From an uncultured Pelagibacteraceae bacterium (GTDB lineage: Bacteria; Pseudomonadota; Alphaproteobacteria; Pelagibacterales; Pelagibacteraceae), in assembly GCA_902567235.1 (NCBI GenBank), contig CACFLX010000007.1, positions 8,754 to 72,753 on the forward strand: a stretch of 64,000 nucleotides of DNA, read 5' to 3'. The notes beneath the pieces are model-generated. The model worked only from the letters and a program-made list of their open reading frames with translations, searched no databases and was not told where the DNA came from. How positions within the stretch are numbered: position 1 is the first letter of the stretch; the number at the start of each line of letters is the position of its first letter. Of the stretch, positions 59,116-64,000 are shown piece by piece. Position numbers and translations under genes: made by a program.

Positions 59116-59609
59116 CTGAAAAAATAATAATACCTATTCCAATTACAAAAGAAAACTTTGCTAAATATGGAGATATGATTTCAACTAAAGATATAAAGCC
59201 TTTAGAAATAAACAATGGATATGCAAAAAGATATGATGGTATAGCTAATTTAAATACTTCTAGTGATAATGGTGAAACTACAATTAGCATCTTTTCTGCT
59301 TTAAAAAGAAATTTCCCAATGAAAATTGATATGATGGAAAAACATCCTTTAGGAAGTCAAGCATTCATACCAATGAAAGAAACTACTTTTTTAGTATTTG
59401 TAGCTCCTAAAGAAGAGAAGTTAGATTTAAATAAAATTGAAGCTTTTATTATCCCACCTGGTATAGGAGTAAATTACAATCCTGGGACTTGGCATTTCCC
59501 ATTAATATCTACTGAAGATATGAACTTTCTAGTGGTAGATAGAAAAGGATCTGGTAATAATTTAGTTATTGAAAATTTAGATAAAGATAATATTACTTTG
59601 AAATATTAA
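59112..59609 (+). CDS. allA: Ureidoglycolate lyase
   Basis: 'FAKYGD', 'MEKHPLGSQAFIP', 'GVNY..GTWH.P', 'FLVVDR'. Confidence 0.92.
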   Translation: MTEKIIIPIPITKENFAKYGDMISTKDIKPLEINNGYAKRYDGIANLNTSSDNGETTISIFSALKRNFPMKIDMMEKHPLGSQAFIPMKETTFLVFVAPKEEKLDLNKIEAFIIPPGIGVNYNPGTWHFPLISTEDMNFLVVDRKGSGNNLVIENLDKDNITLKY

Positions 59610-59640
59610 AGCCCGCCGCGCACAACACTCGGCGAGCTTT
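59608..59640. terminator. Bidirectional terminator between convergent allA and NCS1 genes
   Basis: aaagcccgccg ... cggcgagcttt GC-rich stem with A/T flanks. Confidence 0.75.
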
Positions 59641-59654
59641 TAAATTTAAACTGT

Positions 59655-61109
59655 TTATTTGCCTCTTCCAGATATTGCCATATGAATGATAGCACCTAAA
59701 GCTGCTCCAATCATCCATGCATATCCTCCTCCGCCACCTAAGTTAGCGAAGAAATCATCTAAACCTGCAAATAATATATTTGGCCAAACAGATCCAACTG
59801 CAACATAACCTGAGATTACCCAAGCTAACATTGCTTTTCCGTTAAATCCTCCATTGTAATGATATTTTCCACTTTCTTTATCAGAAAATAAATCATCTAC
59901 ATCAAGTTTTTGATTTTTGATTACATAATAATCAACAATCATTATTCCAAATACTGGCGCCAAAATTGCTCCTAACGTATTCACAAATGGAAACATTCCC
60001 ATTTGAGTTATAACAGCAACCCACATACCTCCGATAACAAATCCAAAAATAGCAGTGATTAAACCACCTGTTCTGAAATTTATTTTGTCTGGCATTAAGT
60101 TTGCAAGGTCATACGCTGGAGGTATAAAATTAGCTACCATATTTATACCAACTGTAGCTGCAAAAAATGCAAATGCTGCAATTAATGTTAAAAGTAAATT
60201 ATCTACTTTAGCTACCATTTCTGTTGGTTGGGCAATATACTCTCCAAAGATTGCAATTGTACCACCAGTGATCATTAAAGTTATGAAAGAAAAGAAAATT
60301 ACGTTTCCTACTAATCCCCATAAGTTACCTTTTTTCATTTCATCTTCATTTTTAACAAATCTAGCAAAGTCACCAAAGTTAATAACTACTGCAGCAAAAT
60401 ATCCTACCATAATTGAGAATACAGCTAAGAAAGCTCCAAATGAACCTAAGCCTTCAAATCCACCTGAACGTTCACCACCTGAAAATATTTCTCCAACTTC
60501 AGATAATAATCCTCCACCAGCTTTAGCCCAAATAGCTATCATTAAAACAATCATTACAATATAAACTGCTGGTCCAGCAAAGTTTAAAAATCTTCTAACA
60601 AGATCAATTCCTTGCCAAAACAGATAAACTTGGAAAAGTGAGACAAAAATAAATGATACCCACATTACTCCTGACATTCCAAGTAATACAGGTTCACCCT
60701 GTATTCCTGTTAAGCCTGTAATTAAAAGTGCGACTGCTGTTGAAGCTGCATAAGTTTGAGCACCATACCAAAACATTGCAACAAGTCCTCTTGCCATTGC
60801 TGGAAAATTGGCACCAAAAACTCCCATACTTACCCGAGCAAATACAGGATAAGGAATACCATGTTTAACACTTGGTTTTCCTGATAGGTTAACAAGCCAC
60901 ATTATAAAAAATCCTGCAAGTATTAATGCAAGAAATACAGCCCAGCCATTTAAACCTGAAGCAATAAATAATGAAGCAGCCAAAGTATATCCAAATAAAC
61001 TTTGTACATCGTTAGCCCATACGTTAAAGATTTCGAACCATCCCCATTTTTTTTCTGAACTTGGTGTTGGAGCTAAATCCTTATTATATAATTTAGAAGA
61101 TCTACTCAT
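59655..61109 (-). CDS. NCS1 family nucleobase/allantoin:cation symporter
   Basis: 'LYNKDLAPT', 'GIPYPVFARVSMG..GA', 'WYGAQTY', 'NFGDFARF', 'NMVANF', 'VDYY'. GGAGG RBS upstream. Confidence 0.92.
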   Translation of the reverse strand: MSRSSKLYNKDLAPTPSSEKKWGWFEIFNVWANDVQSLFGYTLAASLFIASGLNGWAVFLALILAGFFIMWLVNLSGKPSVKHGIPYPVFARVSMGVFGANFPAMARGLVAMFWYGAQTYAASTAVALLITGLTGIQGEPVLLGMSGVMWVSFIFVSLFQVYLFWQGIDLVRRFLNFAGPAVYIVMIVLMIAIWAKAGGGLLSEVGEIFSGGERSGGFEGLGSFGAFLAVFSIMVGYFAAVVINFGDFARFVKNEDEMKKGNLWGLVGNVIFFSFITLMITGGTIAIFGEYIAQPTEMVAKVDNLLLTLIAAFAFFAATVGINMVANFIPPAYDLANLMPDKINFRTGGLITAIFGFVIGGMWVAVITQMGMFPFVNTLGAILAPVFGIMIVDYYVIKNQKLDVDDLFSDKESGKYHYNGGFNGKAMLAWVISGYVAVGSVWPNILFAGLDDFFANLGGGGGYAWMIGAALGAIIHMAISGRGK

Positions 61110-61250
61110 ATCTTCCTCCTTCCATGTTTTCTACTTAGATAACGGTAAATTTTATGATACTAATTTCAAGCCTTTATTACGTGTAATTTAAAAACCGCCA
61201 ATTTTATGATTTATAAGACCCAATTTGATCGATTAAATCAAATTTAAAAT

Positions 61251-62684
61251 TTAATTCCAACCACCGACTGTTTTTACTTCCAAAAACTCTATCAGTCCTT
61301 CTGTACCAGCTTCTCGTCCAATTCCAGAATGTTTGTAGCCTCCAAAAGGTGAGGCAACTGCTATACCAACTCCATTTACATCTACCATTCCTGATCTAAG
61401 TTTTCTTGCAACTCTTTTAACTTTTTCTTTATCTTGGGTTTGAATATAATTTGTAAGGCCATAAGGAGTATCGTTAGCTATTGAAATAGCTTCCTCTTCG
61501 TTTTCAAAAGGAATTATGGATAATACTGGACCAAAAATTTCAGTTCTTGCAATTTCCATTTGATTATTAACGTCAGCAAAAACTGTAGGTTTTACATAAT
61601 AACCTTTTTCAAATCCTTTGGGTTTTCCTGTTCCACCAGCAATTAACTTTGCTCCTTCATCTATTCCTTTTTGAATTAAATTTTGAATTTTATTATATTG
61701 TACTTCTGAAACTACTGGTCCAATGTGGTCGCCTTCTTTTTGTGGTGCATCTACTTTAGTATTATTTGCTAATTCTTTTACTTTTTCTACAGTTTCACTA
61801 TAAATTGATTTTTCAACAAGCATTCTTGTTGGTGCATTGCATGATTGACCTGAGTTTCTAAAACATCTTAGAACTCCTCTTGCTACAGCTTCAGAATCAG
61901 CATCTTTAAAAATTATGTTTGCACCTTTTCCACCAAGCTCTAAACTAATTCTTTTAAAATCTTTAGCTGCATTTTGAGAAATTAATGCACCAGCCCTAGT
62001 AGAGCCAGTAAATGATATCATGTTTACGTCGGGATGACTTGTTAATGCATCTCCGGTGATTACTCCATCTCCATTAACTAAATTGAAAACTCCAGGAGGA
62101 AATTTTACCTCATCAATCATCTCTGCAAGTAACATGGATGATAGTGGTGCTATCTCAGATGGTTTTAATACTACTGTACATGCGGATGCTAGTGCAGGAA
62201 TTACTTTTAAATTAACTTGATTTATTGGCCAATTCCACGGAGTAATTAATGCACAAACTCCTTTTGGTTCATATAATAATTTTTGATTATTTTTTTCTTC
62301 TCCTAAATCTTTTTCAAATTTAAAATCTTTTAAAATATTTTTAAAAGATTTTATATGACTAGCTCCTGTTGCGGCTTGCATTTCCGTTGAAAATTTCATG
62401 GGTGCTCCCATTTCAAGTGATATGAGTTTTGCCATTTCTGCCCAATGTTTTTTATAAACTACATATAATTTTTCTAATAAATCTAATCTTTCTTCTTTTT
62501 TTGAGAAAGCCCAGGTTTCAAAAGCTTTCTTTGCAGCACTAACTGCTTTATCTACATCTTTTTTTCCTCCAAGAGATATTTCGGCACATATTTCTTCATT
62601 TGATGGATCAATTACTTTGTGATTTCTTGGTTCTGTTGGTGAGACCCATTTTCCATCGATATAAAAGTTTTTTCTATCTAACAT
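61251..62684 (-). CDS. Aldehyde dehydrogenase
   Basis: 'ITPWNWP', 'KPSE', 'FTGSTRAG', 'LELGGKG', 'NSGQSC', 'EIFGPV', 'PFGGYKHSG'. Confidence 0.95.
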   Translation of the reverse strand: MLDRKNFYIDGKWVSPTEPRNHKVIDPSNEEICAEISLGGKKDVDKAVSAAKKAFETWAFSKKEERLDLLEKLYVVYKKHWAEMAKLISLEMGAPMKFSTEMQAATGASHIKSFKNILKDFKFEKDLGEEKNNQKLLYEPKGVCALITPWNWPINQVNLKVIPALASACTVVLKPSEIAPLSSMLLAEMIDEVKFPPGVFNLVNGDGVITGDALTSHPDVNMISFTGSTRAGALISQNAAKDFKRISLELGGKGANIIFKDADSEAVARGVLRCFRNSGQSCNAPTRMLVEKSIYSETVEKVKELANNTKVDAPQKEGDHIGPVVSEVQYNKIQNLIQKGIDEGAKLIAGGTGKPKGFEKGYYVKPTVFADVNNQMEIARTEIFGPVLSIIPFENEEEAISIANDTPYGLTNYIQTQDKEKVKRVARKLRSGMVDVNGVGIAVASPFGGYKHSGIGREAGTEGLIEFLEVKTVGGWN

Positions 62685-62698
62685 TTGTGAAATCTAGC

Positions 62699-63658
62699 CT
62701 ATAGTTTTTTTTTTGCAAACAGATTTGTTAATTCATAAACAATAGTCGCAGCAGCTAAAGATGTTACTTCAGCATGATCATATGCTGGGGAAACTTCAAC
62801 TACGTCAGCTGAAATTAAATTTAGACCTGAAAGTCCCCTCAAAACATTTACCATTTCTCTAGTAGTCATGCCTGCTATCTCTGGCGTACCAGTTCCAGGA
62901 GCAAAAGCAGGGTCTAAAACATCTATGTCAATTGATAAATACAGTGGGTTATTGCCTACTCTATTCCTTATTCTTTCTGCAATTTTGTCGGTGCCTTGGC
63001 TTTGGAATTCATCACAATGAATTATTTTAAAACCAAAACTTTCATCGTTTTTAAGATCATCTCTACTATATAAAGGGCCTCTTATACCTACATGCATCGA
63101 AGCATCATCTAAAAATAAATTTTCCTCTCTTGCTCTTCTAAATGGAGTTCCGTGAGTATACGGGGCGCCAAAATATGTGTCCCAAGTATCTAAATGCGCA
63201 TCAAAATGAACTAATGCTACAGGGCCTTTATTTATTTTGTTTATTGCTTTTAGAAGTGGAAATGCAATTGTGTGATCTCCACCCATACTAATTATCCCAC
63301 CTACTTTATTTAATAAATCTGTTGCTCCAACTTCAATTTGTTTAATTGCTTCATTAATATTAAATGGATTACAAGTTATATCTCCAGCATCAGCAACTTG
63401 TTGTTCTACAAAAGGCTCGCTGTCATAGTTTGGGTGATAATTGGTTCTTAAATGTCTTGAGGCTTGTCTTATACTTTGTGGACCAAATCTTGCACCAGGC
63501 CTATAGCTAGTTCCAGCATCAAATGGTATTCCCACTATTGCTATATCGCATTTTTCTACATCTCTTAATTCTGGTAATCTTGCAAAAGTTGAAGGTCCTG
63601 CAAATCTAGGGACCTTTGTTCCACTAACTGGTTGTATTGTTTTTTTATTTTTTTTCAA
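62699..63658 (-). CDS. speB: Ureohydrolase (agmatinase/guanidinobutyrase-like)
   Basis: 'PFD.GTSYRPGARFGP', 'GGDHTI', 'DAHLD', 'HGTPF', 'SIDIDVLDPAFAPGTGTPE'. TTG start. Confidence 0.85.
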   Translation of the reverse strand: MKKNKKTIQPVSGTKVPRFAGPSTFARLPELRDVEKCDIAIVGIPFDAGTSYRPGARFGPQSIRQASRHLRTNYHPNYDSEPFVEQQVADAGDITCNPFNINEAIKQIEVGATDLLNKVGGIISMGGDHTIAFPLLKAINKINKGPVALVHFDAHLDTWDTYFGAPYTHGTPFRRAREENLFLDDASMHVGIRGPLYSRDDLKNDESFGFKIIHCDEFQSQGTDKIAERIRNRVGNNPLYLSIDIDVLDPAFAPGTGTPEIAGMTTREMVNVLRGLSGLNLISADVVEVSPAYDHAEVTSLAAATIVYELTNLFAKKKL

Positions 63659-63689
63659 ATTATATTTATTTAAAATTTATACATAGTTT

Positions 63690-64000
63690 TTAATTCGCAT
63701 CAAGCACCGCATGAAGAAATTGTTTTGTTCTTTCGTTTTTAGGATCACCAAATAATTCTTCTGGTGGTCCTTGTTCAAAAATTTTTCCTTCATTAAAAAA
63801 ACATACTCTATCTGATATTTCTCTAGCAAATCCCATTTGATGGGTTACCATTATCATTGTTAGACTGTGTTCTTTATTTAAAGATCTAATAACATTTAAA
63901 ACCTCACCAACAACTTCTGGGTCTAAAGCTGAAGTTATTTCATCTAGCAACATTACTTTTGGTCTCATTGCTAAAGCTCTTGCTATTGCAACACGTTGTT
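63690..64000 (-). CDS. Polar amino acid ABC transporter ATP-binding protein, C-terminal part (5'-truncated; EhuA/GlnQ-like)
   Basis: '[28 protein letters not shown]', 'VTHQMGFA'. Confidence 0.88.
   Translation of the reverse strand, partial: QRVAIARALAMRPKVMLLDEITSALDPEVVGEVLNVIRSLNKEHSLTMIMVTHQMGFAREISDRVCFFNEGKIFEQGPPEELFGDPKNERTKQFLHAVLDAN

Noticed and set aside
337-60564. Short antisense or alternate-frame ORFs in the track (e.g. 5028-5315, 17523-17933, 29255-29629, 53755-54183, 60055-60564)
   Set aside because: They lie within or largely overlap well-supported genes and have no recognisable motifs; treated as shadow ORFs.
1-64000. Prophage, IS elements, tRNA, rRNA or defence systems
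   Set aside because: No integrase, transposase, structural phage, cas or restriction-modification motifs, and no GC-rich structured RNA-length gaps were seen.

Overview
AT-rich, tightly packed bacterial DNA with intergenic gaps often under 30 bp and many overlapping stop/start codons. Gene content and style point to a SAR11/Pelagibacterales-like marine alphaproteobacterium (inference). Most of the window (about 1-49.5 kb) is a methylated-amine/C1 region: betaine-type ABC parts, metF with a GcvT-family demethylase, soxBDAG, fhs, an Fe-ADH, tmm, tmoXWV, tdm, a FAD oxidase, two glutamine-synthetase-like gamma-glutamyl ligases, glxBCD/mgsABC and a divergent Amt. purE/purK and several unrelated genes are interspersed. 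The standout is an mcl-mtkA-mtkB-ppc operon, the carboxylating/cleavage arm of the methylotroph serine cycle, inserted in the middle of this region in a lineage generally regarded as oxidising but not assimilating C1 units. Other candidates for undescribed systems are (i) a FAD-oxidase plus second GS-like ligase operon that could fill the missing dimethylamine step, (ii) a dipeptidase/552-aa unknown/DUF3726-like/Zn-ribbon microprotein operon, and (iii) an Amt with altered selectivity residues followed by unannotated membrane microproteins. The right end holds bamB/yfgM-like genes, acnA, allantoin catabolism (puuE-alc-allA plus an NCS1 transporter) and an ureohydrolase/aldehyde dehydrogenase/ABC operon. 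No rRNA, tRNA, CRISPR or transposase was recognised. All calls rest on motif recognition by eye; no searches were run.
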